From Laetmonice hystrix (Eukaryota): DNA of 64,000 nt. Below the pieces are notes generated by a model that searched no databases, had not been told where the DNA came from, and was given only the letters and a program-made list of their open reading frames with translations. The position numbers and the translations under genes were made by a program. Below, piece after piece: positions 1 to 13,610 of the stretch (its first letter is position 1; each line of letters begins with the position of its first letter). The stretch spans positions 55,120,001 through 55,184,000 of the forward strand of contig OZ249436.1 in assembly GCA_965235115.1 (NCBI GenBank), in the 5' to 3' direction.

Positions 1-13
1 TTACTAGGCCAAG

Positions 14-162
14 GACATTTGTACTACGGTTCTGTGTATGCCAGTGGACATAGGCTAGATTGTAGGTATATACTCACCAAGTACTGAGGTGACATTTGTA
101 CTACGGTTCTGTTGTATGCCAGTGGACATAGGCTAGATTGTAGGTATATCACCAAGTACTGA
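14..162. repeat. Two-copy tandem duplication, period 77 bp
   Basis: GACATTTGTACTACGGTTCTG...CACCAAGTACTGAG at 14 and 91. Confidence 0.85.
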
Positions 163-2146
163 GATGGCTTTACTCTCACAATGATCAATGATATTCATGT
201 GTGAATTTTGAGACAGAAAAAAAACAACAGATCTGCGGAAAAATAAGAGGGGGCGTAAAAGCGGGAAAGGAGTAAAAAAAAATCGGAACATTTCCGCAAA
301 ATTCGGAAGGGTTGGTAGGTCTGCATACATTGCATCATAAAGTGGCATGAACTTCCAACCCTGCTATACATAGAATACGTCACAGAAATACGGGAAACAT
401 GACATAGAACCAAATTGAATGTTTACTATCCTGTCCGGACATGTCGCCAGAAGATGGACCGATGGCAGGACAGCTGGGATGGCTCGATCTACGAGGTGAG
501 CGTGGTCCATGTACGGCCGCCGTGGTTAGGGCTGGACCATTGGATACCCAGGGGACGAGGACATGTTTTTTTCTCTGAGGTTGTTCACCAGATGGTGCAA
601 AACAAGTTTGTTCTCACCATAATGATAAAAAATAAAAATGTACAAATGGAAAATATTCTTGTTTGGCTCTGGAAATAACAAAAAAATGTTTGCAGAGGAA
701 ACAAACATAGCCATCCTCCCTCTGTCTATCAAATAGTCCCGTTTATTGGGGGCGGCGGACTCGTCCCTAACAATATAACACTGACTGTCCAATAGCGTAG
801 CTCCCCTCTATAATCCCATCGGTGACGCTCCCTGACGCCGGTTCCTGTCATCCTGACTTTGTTAGTCTCTCTCCTCCCTAACTCATGATAACGAAAAGTA
901 GGTGAACAACTTAATGACTGCTGCCTACAATAACGTTACTGGTGCCTTCCACACCAATCTGTTGAGAGAATATGTTTGGGCACGGTTGCTGCGGTGCAGA
1001 CTCACAGAGTTCATCTTCTCCGTGTGTGGGTGCGTGGGTGGCTGTCAGACCGCATGGCACGTTTAAGACGACGGCTTGTGGGAGACAAAAGCAGTTTCCG
1101 TGAATTTTCAAAATGTCCTTCCACATGGCTGAGGCCTATCGGTTACTACTTATCTCCGTTAATTCCCTTCCTTGTGAAATATTATTAATATGGTAAAGAT
1201 AAAGCTATACATGATTACAAGAACATAATGAGGGTAGAATAAACACATGGTAGGCTATATAAAAGACAGGATTAGAAAGACGTTGTATATCTCTACAATC
1301 ACGCAATGTTTTTGTTGAATTATGTACATGAAAGAAATGTTTCAGATCTCCAATTTGAAATTAGTTTCCGGGTCCGGTTTCCCTTGCCCCCCCCCCCCCC
1401 AAAAAAAAGAAAGTATTAAAAAATCCTCGGATACTCTTCTCGGCAGCATGATTAGGATGGACGATTGACTCCACAGTCTGGTGCTCGCTTCAGTTCACGG
1501 AGTCAGCGAAGTAAGCGTAAGAGCATTGAGTTTGAGAGATGTGGGGGTGAGACAGTGCACAATCAGCTGATTGAAATGTCAGGTCGGATCCCTGGATACA
1601 ACCCTGTTCTGATTCCACCTTGACATCATCTATACTCACTGGCTGTGTTCATTGTAATCACAGATCACAGGTACCAACTCTGTGAGGACAAAGACTAGAA
1701 CAGATTGAGCCACAACGTGCAATGAACACCCCGGGTGTTTAATGTCAAAGATTTGTCTAATATATATGGCTTTTAAAAGGTAATCTTATATTACCAATCT
1801 ATAACCTCCGACAAAATTTAATAGGGGATTATTTTCTAATCTCAGAGCTATTGCCTTTCAAACGAACGTGCGGGGTTTGCCTAATGGATTATTATCATAC
1901 TGGCAGGGAAAACATCAAGACATATGTTGCTGGTGTGTCGAATAACAACATCCTAAAGGAAATGAATGGTTGGCGGGTCTGACAGAGGACATGAAGTCCT
2001 GACGGTCAGTATTCGAACTGCTGTAGACCAATCCTACCTCTGAGTGGACCAACTTCCTGACGTGAATACCGGTTAGCTGACCGACAGGCTCACGGTGCGT
2101 AGGAGTTCTTACTGGAGATCAATCTTGGGGGGGGGGCAAGGGGAGG

Positions 2147-2575
2147 GTTACACTGGGATACATCCTCCCGAACCTGGACGGTCGAGGGGGCGTGTATTGG
2201 GCTGCATCCCCCTAACCTGGAAGGTCGAGGGGGCCGGAGGTTGTACTGGATTGTGCCCCCTCCTAACCTGGAAGGTCGAGGGGGAGGAGGTTGTACTGGA
2301 TTGCTCCTAACCTGGAAGGTCGAGGGGGCAGGAGGTTGTACTGGATTGCTCCTAACCTGGAAGGTCGAGGGGGCCGGAGGTTGTACTGGATTGCGCCCCC
2401 TCCTAACCTGGAAGGTCGAGGGGGCCGGAGGTTGTACTGGATTGCGCCCCCTCCTAACCTGGAAGGTCGAGGGGGCCGGAGGTTGTACTGGATTGCGCCC
2501 CCTCCTAACCTGGAAGGTCGAGGAGGCCGGAGGTTGTACTGGATTGCGCCCCCTCCTAACCTGGAAGGTCGAGGG
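2147..2575. repeat. GC-rich minisatellite, 51-bp unit with 45-bp variants, about 8 copies
   Basis: TCCTAACCTGGAAGGTCGAGGGGGCCGGAGGTTGTACTGGATTGCGCCCCC repeated. Confidence 0.95.
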
Positions 2576-2878
2576 CGGCTGCCTGTTGCCCACGGTCGGG
2601 GTGCTGGAGTGACCGAGCTACCAGAGCACTGCCACCAGAATCTGCTCAGCAAGCGCCAGACCTCCACCTACCTCTCAGCTAATTCCAAACACGAATCTTG
2701 ATAAATAAAAAGGTGGAATCCCTGGGTAAACACACGTTAGTGTAGTCATGTCGCTGTGTGAGGAGAGGTATATTGATTTCGTGATAGGAAGCGTTAAACC
2801 ATGAGGTCTGGCGAGAGCTGACCTCCATCCATTCCGTACAGGATATCGCGAAGGTCGACCTATAAATGGTCCGTCTTA

Positions 2879-3050
2879 GGTCTGCTGATAACGATATTCA
2901 ACTTCGATGTATAAGAGTCTCTGGGTTAGAGTCGGCGGGGGGGGGGGGGCGTTTCTCATCATGTCGTTAGCTTGTCGTATCGTTAACTCCAATGCATTTT
3001 CAATGGGGATTTTAACGCACGACAGGATAATGATAGATGAGAAACGCACC
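2879..3050. mobile_element. Partial inverted copy of the composite MITE at 56036-56202
   Basis: CATCATGTCGTTAGCTTGTCGTATCGTTAA...GGGGATTTTAACGCACGACAGGATAA is nearly identical to the reverse complement of 56045-56130. The flank GGTCTG...CAACTTC...AGTCTCT is also shared. Confidence 0.85.
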
Positions 3051-5097
3051 AAGTTCGCCAGGGGCCCGGTACCCTCAATATTTAGTTTTTGTCTTCTTAA
3101 CATTATAAATCTGTTCGACATCAATTAGGGGATTGTCGGAATTAAAGCCGTTCAAAGTTCGGGATTAAAGCTATTCAAAGTTGGGGAGGACAATCCAGTC
3201 AGCAGCTGTTAGTATGGGTCAACAATCATCGAAAATATGGGTCATGTGTTTAGTCCTGTCTTAAAACATTACTACAAGAATGGAAAACATAACAGCCATT
3301 TAACATTAAATCAAGTAACATTCTATTTAGCCTTCAGTTTGCGGGAAATGAGGGGGGCTAAATGATATTCTGGTCCCGAATTGTAATATGGGGGGCATGG
3401 TTCCCCTGACCCCCTCCTCCTACGCGCCATATTCTGCCAAAAACAGGTACGCTTGAAGTCACTTGTCAGACGGCATAAACAGAGAAAATCAAGGTGGCGC
3501 TGAGCAATAATCCGTTATAATACGACAGGTGACGGCATGGCATGTGGCGACCCTCTCAGCTCTCGGAACTATTTCTTCGTACATCAAAGGACACACCACT
3601 TAGGTGGTTTGACAGTTTCATGGGATACGGCTGTGTGTGCCACTCCCTGCGGACTTTGTATGCATCAACTCGTATGCCTTCTCTACGGAACACGGAGAAT
3701 TCCAAAAAGCGGAGGTTTTCTCTATTTCAAGGCAAAAATAATCTTATCAAATCACTATACCCATAGGTTTCTTTCTTATTACATGCATAATATAGGCAGA
3801 AAAAAATCCATATGTCTGAGTGAGTATTTCATCGCAGCCCTCAATATGTGTAATCATTTTGACCAGAAACGGAAATGACATGGCAATGGTACCAGAAAAA
3901 TGTTCCACCTATAACAAAGCGTTCTCAAGATCATAGCGGTCAAAAGTGAAAACCTCTGTGACATTGTATTTTTAGCCATCATCTTGCCCTTACGGTATAG
4001 GGGCCTAGAATCCTTCCCATGCAAAACCCTAGATGTTGTCTGGAACTATCTCAGGGTCAAGATCACTATTGTGACTTCACGGGAAACAGAATGGAAATTC
4101 TACATGAGAAAACATCACAAGCGGGAGGCGGGCAATAATAGATGGGACACAAAGGCTATACTTTTCTCAATGTGATCCGGAGTCGAATGAAAACTTGTGG
4201 GAGCCAGACACAAAGCCAATGTTATTCTATGTGAGCGATGTGAGTCATTCAATAGTGTTCAAAACGGCTAGACTTACTCAATCGATTGTTTGTGAGCGAG
4301 CGACTTATCCGTCAATGGACCATTTCCGCGGCCAGCTGACGGGAATCTATATCGATTGAATAATTGATAAATCAATTAACAACTTTTCCCAAGGCTTTCA
4401 TGAGCGCGTTGTGAAAACCTGGCGTTTACAGCAGAGGGTGGGATTATAGCTTCAATATATGCGACATGCCTAGAATGAATGACTAATCGGATAATTAAGT
4501 TAAAGTCCTATGGGTTTACATGACTTAACTTTCATTGTATATAATTCTGTGCCAAATTAATTCAACTTTATATCGCAGTATATAATGCAGTTAATTTGTT
4601 ATGAGGTTTTATCTAACAGAGGTGCTTAGACCTATGCGGAAACCAATCCACGGGTATTGCTATTTGTTTTGAATCCCGCACATTTTCGGAAATCTAAAGC
4701 TGGGATACATTAACACCTTTTCCACCGATCCGACCCGAAAGTCAGTCGGAGTGTATCCATACTCCCGACTGAAATCGCGGTGCGAGTCTGTGTCACTCGG
4801 GGGTAGTCGTAAGTGTTTGAAAACTAGGTCCGATTATCGGGCCCAATCTGGTTTCGTCTGTTCGGAGTTGGCAGTGTATCCACTCTGGACAGTCGGGTAC
4901 TTGGGAGTTGTTCACGGTCGGCGAAGTGGCAGCCAATGAGGGGTGAATAACATATCACATGACTGTCCGGCAGCAATGGCGATGAGAACTTGGATAGCCG
5001 AACGAGAGGACCTGTTTTGGGTCTTGTTTCCGCTACTTGCCGCCAGGGTTTGGGATAGTGATACCGATCTAGTCGGATTTGATCAGTGTAGTGTATC

Positions 5098-5233
5098 CAG
5101 TGGCGGCTCCGGGGTGGAAATAATTTTTCTTTTTTCCTGCTTGAAAGGTTCACAGAAAACATACACGACCCCCCCCCCCCTTGGTACCCCACAGTGCACC
5201 CCCCGCCTTGGCGCAAACCTGGATCCGCCCCTG
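5098..5233. mobile_element. MITE of the CAG(T/G)GGCGGATCC family, 5-bp TSD
   Basis: Ends CAGTGGCGGCTCCGG and CCTGGATCCGCCCCTG; GTATC at 5093-5097 and 5234-5238. Related ends occur near 10455, 28351, 38240, 40200, 41100 and 52030. Confidence 0.8.
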
Positions 5234-5470
5234 GTATCCATCCTAGTCGGTGGGGGAGGAGTCAATCATACGCACCGACCGACCCAGTCGGGATCAGTTG
5301 GCTTCAGCTCAGTCGGGTCGGGGTTTAGTCGCCCTGGCCGCAGCTTTACAACTTTACAACAACCGAGCACGCAAGCACGCCGCATCCACGGAAGACAGCT
5401 ATTATAGTCTAGTTAAGACATGCTTTATAACAGACATAGTAACCAGTCCTACTGTCAGTACTGACATGCA

Positions 5471-5719
5471 TAGCAGTGCTGCCGACTGCTTTATCAAAGG
5501 CCGGCCGTGTCACGATATACGTTTATGTGGAGGGGCACGTTAAAGGTCCCTTGGAATATATCGATAAGATTAGAGGTTCGCTCCGGTGCACGGGTTTCTT
5601 TCTATCATACCATTATCACCCAATGGATTTCACCGACTGAGTTAGTTACCTTGTTCTCGCCCTGATATAGCTATAATACTGCTGACCGGGCGTTAAACAC
5701 CAACTACTCTCTCACTCAC
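5471..5719 (+). mobile_element. 5'-truncated Deu/Nin-domain-like SINE with a 15-bp TSD
   Basis: Core GCACGTTAAAGGTCCC...ATCGATAAGATTAGAGGTTCGCTCCGGTG and tail GCGTTAAACACCAACTACTCTCTCACTCAC. The exact direct repeat CAGTACTGACATGCA flanks it at 5456-5470 and 5720-5734. Confidence 0.75.
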
Positions 5720-8435
5720 CAGTACTGACATGCAGTGAAGACGACCTTAGATTCGAAAATTTTATATATAGGTCTATATTGTGTATGACATTTAACTGGT
5801 ATGGGTATGGGTGGTCGGAGCAAGGCTTACAGTTGGCAGATTGAACCGAAAAAAGATAATCATGGTCGCTGCTGTGACACGTGGTATCGAAAATAACGGT
5901 GCCGTCCAGTTGGCTTCGGTTCATTTCACAATGTGCCAGCGCTGCCGCCCGACTGTTCGACGGACCACCGTGTCGGGACCTACCGGCTGCTACGGTCGAC
6001 TGACCACGATAAGCCCAGTATGGGGCTATTTATGGAGCACATCGATAAAATTACGAAGACGGTCAGGGTGGAGACATAATTCGTCTCTGAAACGTGAAGG
6101 GATTATACATCAGAATAACAAAAGGTAGCAATTTTGCCATCTTTACGTTTTTACTTGGATCGGTGATATCAATAAGTGTGCAATTCCACCTTCTTTCGAA
6201 AGTCAATTTTTGCAAGTCAACTCCTGGAGTTGGGCCTTTCTTGAACTCGATGGATGAGGGATGTATCGAGCAATATATCTGACATATCAAAGTGGATCGC
6301 TTAGCGAACCGAATTCATTCATTCACACCACCACAGTAATGCTCTCCCAAAGTTTCAGGTGGATCTAGAATGTAGAAACCCGATAAAACTCAAGTGACTT
6401 CAAAAAATTAGATGTTTTTTCTAAACAAATATTGTGTTCCACATCACTGCAACGAAGTTTTTTTTTTTTACTGAAATACACCAACATTTTTGTACTGCTT
6501 TTAATCGATCGCGGAAGAACGTTCATCAGATGAATCAGTGTTGTTAGCCATATTTGCTGATTGAGTTCAGATGAATGTTAGTAACATTTGCTGATCGAAT
6601 TCAAATGAGTGCTGCGAATATTGTCTTTACTGAACGGGACAGAAATGGTTGGGGAATCGCGATTAGGTCTCCACTGGTTAATGGATAACACCAAATTCTA
6701 AAATAACTTACCTTTAACTTACGTAATTTCTTTCGAGGTCCTGCGCCTGATACCACATAATTATTACCCCTCACGTGTACGTTATGAGAAACGGCAAACC
6801 ACTTGACCCATCCTGTGATCCCTGTGATGTTTTTTTCTCGTTGACCAAAAGCCGTGAAACGGAAGTGATTAAACTCCAAGCACTTCCGCTTCCGTTCCGT
6901 TGGTCAGCGTTAACAGAGTGCCCGACCTCTGCCTGGAGCGTGGCCGGGAGTGGCCAACATGCCCCTGCGTATGCAGACCGTAGCAGGTCACCTGGTGTGG
7001 GGACCGATGACGCTATGTTTACATCCAGAAAAGCGAGGACATTTAACATTTAAAGGGATTTATGAAGATATCTGTATCTTGTTGGAGAAATACGGAGGGT
7101 ACGGAAATATACCTCGTTTGCGTCCATGTTTTCGATGGGCCAATCACAATGCTCGCTTCGATTAGCCTTCGCCAGGCTCTATATACGTAGTCAATATAGA
7201 CCTGGGGACCAGGCTAACATCTAATGAACAAGCCTCAGGGAAATGGGGTCTAAGCCATTCATGTCGTAAATCTTTATTATGTTCGTTTTGTCTCCTGTTA
7301 TCATTTCCAAAAGTTCTTTTAATGGCAGCAAGAACACTAGTTTATTGACAGCGAGAACACTCGTTTTTCAGAAACAATTAAAGCATAAAAGGCATGATGC
7401 CATTTTGGGTTCCGACACTTTGCACATTTCGAGTACACAAACCCATGACGTTAAGGGTTGCACTCACTCAAACCCCCGTTAAAGAGTGTTCCGGGAAGGC
7501 CAGACGGATGTGACCTTCGGACGACGTCAATTTAACACGACGACTCCAACTCCTGCCGCTCCCTGACCTGTCTACGGAAAGAAGTCTTCTTCCTGTATGA
7601 CCACCTTTTTCCTGAGGCAGCGGTCAGCGTAATTGGACCCTGCATTAGTACCCCTCGCTCCTATTGATCGGGGCCCTTCACCCTGCTCGAGGCTCTGCTC
7701 TGGGGCGCCACCGGGAGCTAAACTCCGCTGGGGAAGCCACCTTAGATTATACATAGTCCCCCTCTATAGCAGCATGCCATGCTTTATGATTACAAAATGC
7801 AGACAGTAAATTAGAGCCAGTGATTTCCATCACGCCCGATCTAAGGTCACCTTGAGTAGGACTTTTTGTTGATTGACATGCTTATCGAGCTCTGTCAAGG
7901 AGCGATAGAGCCAAGATTTTCTCCCCGCTTGGCTCTAACTGGTGCACTGATCACTCGCCCACTCCATCTCTGACGTCATAGTGTTCTGTTCTACTCCACC
8001 AGCTCGACCCCGGGGTAACAACCCAGCCAGACCCTGACAATCTCCTCCACCCCACGCCACATTCTGACGTAAAATAAAAATAACGCAGACAAAACAGCAA
8101 CACCAGTCCGGCTTTAAATACCTCTCATTTTGGAAGTCTTGCTTAATGCGTATTGAAGCTTATGGATGCTACTTAAAGTGGAATTTCCTGTCAAAGACAT
8201 GCTTCCATTTCATTCTTCTTGTTCCGTCTTGAGCCAATTTCATGGTTTCTGTCGGACATGATTTACGGCTTCTACTTCCTACGCACGTCTAGTTGAGAGG
8301 TTGGGGTGTTTTGAAGAACATTCCATCGGACTATGCAGCAATTCTGCGAAACAGATTCCTTGGTTATCCAGCACAAAATACATCAAAATGCAGTCTAGCA
8401 GAACTCCCTGGAACTCTCGGTGGAATGCAACTTAC

Positions 8436-8470
8436 TTCGCTCTAACTAAAGAATGTGGCACTTTTTCCAT
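8436..8470 (-). CDS. Weak candidate short first exon (MEKVPHSLVRA-), phase 2
   Basis: ATG to AA|GTAAGT, 35 nt; short enough to arise by chance. Confidence 0.2.
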
Positions 8471-11400
8471 GAAATAAGAGTTAAGTTGCCTATAAACAGA
8501 AACGTCAAAATACACTGCATCAATAGCTTATAAGTCATAGCCGGACATTGCTTCCAGAAACCATTGTACGATACCCTAACTGAGCCAGGAAACCCTAATC
8601 CAAATAAAACAAAATCAGATTTTTAAAATGATAAAAGAGTAAACCACCTAAATAAACTACCAATGAATCTACCAGAAGCGGATGTATGCTTCTTGGCCGA
8701 TTTATTTAACGTCAGCGAACAGTGAGTGAGTGGATGATTTACGCTCCATCGAGCCGTAAAGTACCAGGGTATTTGAAATTGTTCATGAGGGAGTACTGCA
8801 CCCTCCCACCCCCTGCAACACATCATAACACGTCCGACCCTTCGTCCTGCTGCAAGTCGGAAACATGGGATCTGGTCTGGGCGTCAAACGGGTATCGAGC
8901 TGGGAAGCCACCATACATTTGCTGATATATAACTGCCGGCTTTCCCTCTCCAAACAGAGCAACCGCTGTGAGAGCAACCAAGTCTTCGCCATCCATGCTT
9001 GAGGCCATCTATTAAGGAATTGCTTGGTTTATACTTCTGACGCCAACAGGTATCGATAAGGCTTATCGTCTACTGGAGGTTCCTAACAATTAAGACATGG
9101 CCTGGAGGATGAACAGTTGCCAGACGAGCAGGGTCTCTAGGACGTGACTTTGCGAGGCTCGTTCATTCCATAATGACGAGCCTTTGCGCTGATTTCCACA
9201 CCAGCGCATGCTCAGTCAACACATCCGTCTGCTCTGTGATTGCGCTGGATGGCGATCACTAGCTATCACTAGCTATCCCAGACCCACACCTAACCGCGGC
9301 CAGACTTAAAGGAAGGGCAAAGATAATCCATAAGCCTGTAGGAAAACCAAAGAAAAATAAAAACCAACGCCTAACTTGATTCCTTAAGGTTAGTGGCCTG
9401 CATGAAGTTTGGAGAAGAACGGCCTGGTATTTCTGCAGTAAACGCAGGTAGACCTCGAGGACTCACCGCCGGTCGGGACATGTGCCCGCCTTCCAGGCAG
9501 TGTCAGTGACTGCAAAATGTAAACATTGGCAGTGACCGGGTGTATGCTCCACTTAAAATTCGTTTTCTCGCTAATGAAGCGGCATTGAGACAAACTGTAC
9601 CTTTGTGTCTACTTATGGCATCAAGTTAGACTTTGGTTGGGTTGTCTATATTGTTTTTTTTTTCGGACAGGCTTATGGATATATCGTTGCGCTGGCTTTA
9701 AGACTAATAAGTGTTTTATGTACTGCATCAAAATACATGTACTGGCATTTTACAGCTAAACAGAAGTTATTCTGACAAGTGGTTAAACATTGAGAAGTGA
9801 CACTGTTACAAGGGCACTCACGGCTAAGGTCCCATAATAACAGTTTTGGTACGACCCCCCCTCCCCCCCCCCCCCCAAAAAAAAACGAGGTGAGGTTAGT
9901 TTAGTTGACGAAAATATTGAATTGTTGGCTGCCTCTCGTACATTTATCCTAGAACATTCTATAGAGGACAGTGTTTATCCATTACCATTTTATTTATCAC
10001 TAATCCTTTTACCAGCCTAAACATGAGGAACCGGTTAAACCACGTCAACTCAGACTGACTGAAACTTTGGACATAATTTTCTGTTTTTGTTATAGCCACA
10101 TCAAGAGTAACAGAACAAAGGTTAATCTCCCAGGAAAACGACTGATATGGTCGCGACAACAACGGCCAAAGTGATAACTGGGACTATGGTGTCAAAAGGT
10201 CTGTGCTGTGTGTTTATATTTGCCTTCACGTGCCCCCCCCCCCCTTTTAGCTTCCCTAATTCCTAATTATATATTCATTTTTAGATAATCTTGTCATATT
10301 TAGATTAGACGCATCCCAGATGTCATGAATGGACATGATGAAGCAAATGGTTGTAACTTATGGCACAGAAGTCCTACATACAACAAAAGAGCTTTAGTAA
10401 TGCAAAAAAAATCATGAATTGTTTTCCTGTGCGCCCCTCCCCCTTAGTGAAATCCTGATCCGCCAGTGTTATTTGCACCAGGATTCACGCATCTCTACAC
10501 TTGAGATCATCCTAGAGAAGATTATGGGTTAGCCAAACTTTTAAATACACGCAGTAATTATGACAGAATAATGGCCGCGGAGAGTCAGTGGACTTTTTTT
10601 ATACACGTATTATTATTATAACTATTATTTCATTGCGATTCGGTGAAGCAGCAATATTTACACTCGCCGTCCCGGATATTAGACTGGTGTTTCCGGTCCG
10701 TAGTAAGGGCGTTTAGACCTTCCTGTGCTGACGTAAGTCGTCCTGGTTCTGCCACTTGATGGATGAATCAATTAGATCTACACTAATGCGCACAGTTCAC
10801 AACAGAAGGAACTCAACTGTGTAATTATGCACAGCTTTCCCCGATATCCAGATATGTACAATGTAAGCAGAATATGCTTATTAGTTCCTGTTAAATAATG
10901 TGCCACTCACGAAAACTACATTTGGCGCGTTCATGATTGATAAAAGACCACTGCTCATCACGTCCCCATATGTTTTCTTGATTATAATTACAATCACATT
11001 GACATCGATGACTAATTAAAGTTTTGGCAATGAGAGCGTATATAATACTTTGTACAGAATGTTTTAATCGAAAAATTACTTGTACATTATGCGGAATGCT
11101 TCTATCCAGGGTGTCGCGATTAAAAACGCACAAAGCGGTTGCTGACATGTGCACAAATGCAACCTACATGCATTTGGATTTCTGAACCAAACGAAAATGT
11201 GATCAAAATTATGGCAGATGAACAGGCAACCATATAATTAGCAAAAAGTTACCATAACTTTACTTGGTGAATGCGAGTTACGTTACAAAATAATTTATTA
11301 GAGATTCCATGCAGGCACCTGACCAAAGGCCACAGCCTAACTTCAGCCACCTTTCTGCCGCGTCCTTACGTAATGTGGCCAATACGTGACGTCGTGGTGT

Positions 11401-11740
11401 AACGTTCTATTTGACATCAAAGGCGCCGACGTGTTCAGTGTGTGACTGATGAGAAGGTGTTTTTATTTGGAGTGGAGGAATGTTTCCGCGTCGTCTCCAA
11501 ACTCCCTTTATCAGTTTCCTTTGATCTAGTTCCTACTGGTGCAACAAGAGTTTTACCTGTATGCCACATTTTCCAGGTCTGTACTGACCTTTCCATTACG
11601 CCTGAACTCTACACACACACACGTTTGTTTTTAATATTGCACCGGCTTATTTAGCTACAACGGCTCTAGATGAATTAAACTAGCCAATACATTGTACATC
11701 TATGTTTGTGTGTGTATACGTTTCGTTTCCTTCTTCATTA

Positions 11741-12215
11741 GGCCAGACTTTTTTAATAGTTCGGTTTACGCGCCCGCCGACCATAGATTTCTGAAATTTG
11801 GAAAAATAATAATAATTCAAGACCAGTTTTTTTATTTTGTCCCCGCCGACAGTGACTGTTGCTGTGATATTTTTTTAATTTTAATATTCTGTTGCGGGGG
11901 CTTTTTAATATCATATTATTATGCTGAAATTGCTTGACTATAAAAGAGCTACATGGTCTGTGGGGCAATGTCACAAACAAAATTTGTGTAAATTCATATT
12001 AAACATAATTTTTGCAAATGACTTGACTTGTTTGTTATATTTCAAGAAACCATTCCCATGCATTCATACATTTTTTTACCACCTACCGACCTTAAATTGT
12101 CAATGTAAATTAGACGTTGATTAAAAAAAATTCAATTGCCCTTTTTTCCCCTCCCTACGGACCTTGTTCTCTGTCCAAAAATGCGCGTAAACCGAAATAT
12201 TAATTAAGTCTGGCC
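11741..12215. mobile_element. MITE with TIRs of about 33 bp (PIF/Harbinger-like)
   Basis: GGCCAGACTTTTTTAATAGTTCGGTTTACGCGC and GCGCGTAAACCGAAATATTAATTAAGTCTGGCC; flanks TTA and CTA. Confidence 0.8.
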
Positions 12216-12689
12216 CTATGTAAAGTCATCCATTTGACTGGAATATGGACATACACAAGTATGAAAATTGTGATAAACGCAGCAATTAGGTACAGACGTG
12301 GAGGCTGAGTAGATAACACTGATAAGTATCTATTAATTATGAAGTGATTAAGTACCTCGGCCTGTTGTATATCTCCATTGGGCTCAGGGCTGTCCATCTT
12401 GAGTTGCCAAGGGTTCAAGCACGGGAGGATGAAGGCTGTCTAGCCTGTGTGTATAGTTCTTTATGTATGCGACTGTATTAATTCACTGTCAACGTGAAAC
12501 CAGTAGGGCTGACAAATGAATGCTCGAGTACGATTCAATCTAAAATAGTTCTCGGGTTCTGAATGAATCCACTTTCATCGTCTTCTGTGAAAAAGATACC
12601 TGACGTTTACAATAAATCGTTTAATTTCTCTTCCACAGTCCATTAAACTGATAAGCACATCCCTTGGTGCCGGTTTCACTTTCTTCAAC

Positions 12690-13610
12690 AATGGTGTCAC
12701 ACGAAAGGTCATATCACTTCATATCTGTCAATAAATAGTAATTACTACGCTATCTTGCACCGTTTTTAAGATATGAGCCAAAATAATGTTATCATGCGAG
12801 TCAAAAAACAAATATTTTCGCCATGTCTCCATATTGGATCGAGACAAAAAATAAATTGACCTATACAATGCCACTCATATGCTTCTTCTTTGCATTAAAT
12901 TTGAAAGAAATCGGGATGGTTTTGTCCGAGTTATCGCTCCAGATGTGTTTACATCCAAGATTGCCACCAGCGGCTAAGATCTGTTTGATCTGCATCATCC
13001 CTGATCCCTGATTATTGTGTCATGTTTCAAACAAGATTATGTGGTTATCTTCAAAATTATGTGGCTATGTTGTTGGAGATACAGGCCATTAAAATACATA
13101 TATGGCATTGCTTGACCTTTCAATGTCACACAAAGTCCTGGAAAACGGTGCCAAATGAAAGTTTATATGACTTCCTATCATTCCATGATAAATCTTAACT
13201 ATTACCCTATTTTGACCATTTTCGAGATATGAGCCAAAATAGTGTTATTATTGGGTGTCAAAAAACAAATATGGCCGCCTTGTCGCCATATTTTTTCTGA
13301 ACTGAGAATACATTGGCATGCTTATTGTCCCTCATATGCTCCTTCTTTGCACCTTCTTCACACCAACTTTGAAAGAAATCGGGATCGTATTGTCTGATTT
13401 ATTGGTCGAAACGTATTTACACCCAAGATGACCATTTTGAATAATATCAGAAATATATTTGACGTGCATCTTTCTCAGACCATTCCAGATCTTGTGTAAA
13501 GTTTCATACAATTTGATCTACTGTACACACTTCTGAGAAATCAGTGTCTACGGACGGACCAAAGGAAGTCAAATTAGAAGCCCTTCCCCTTCGGGTTGTG
13601 GGTAAAAAAA
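12690..13610 (+). mobile_element. Degenerate Helentron-associated (HINE/DINE-like) element with an internal diverged duplication of about 450 bp
   Basis: GATATGAGCCAAAAT...TTTGAAAGAAATCGGGAT occurs twice (about 12770 and 13225). The 3' end has CGGACGGAC, a small CCCTTCGGG hairpin and an A-run. Confidence 0.5.

Noticed and set aside
2090..2701. Pro/Gly-rich repetitive ORFs
   Set aside because: Open in five frames because the repeat units are multiples of 3 and have few stops; no splice or homology support.
6712..6880. Tandem GTAAGT donors with ETS-like motifs, as another phase-2 first exon
   Set aside because: The ATG-initiated reading gives phase 0 or stops. It could be a non-coding first exon, but this is unsupported.
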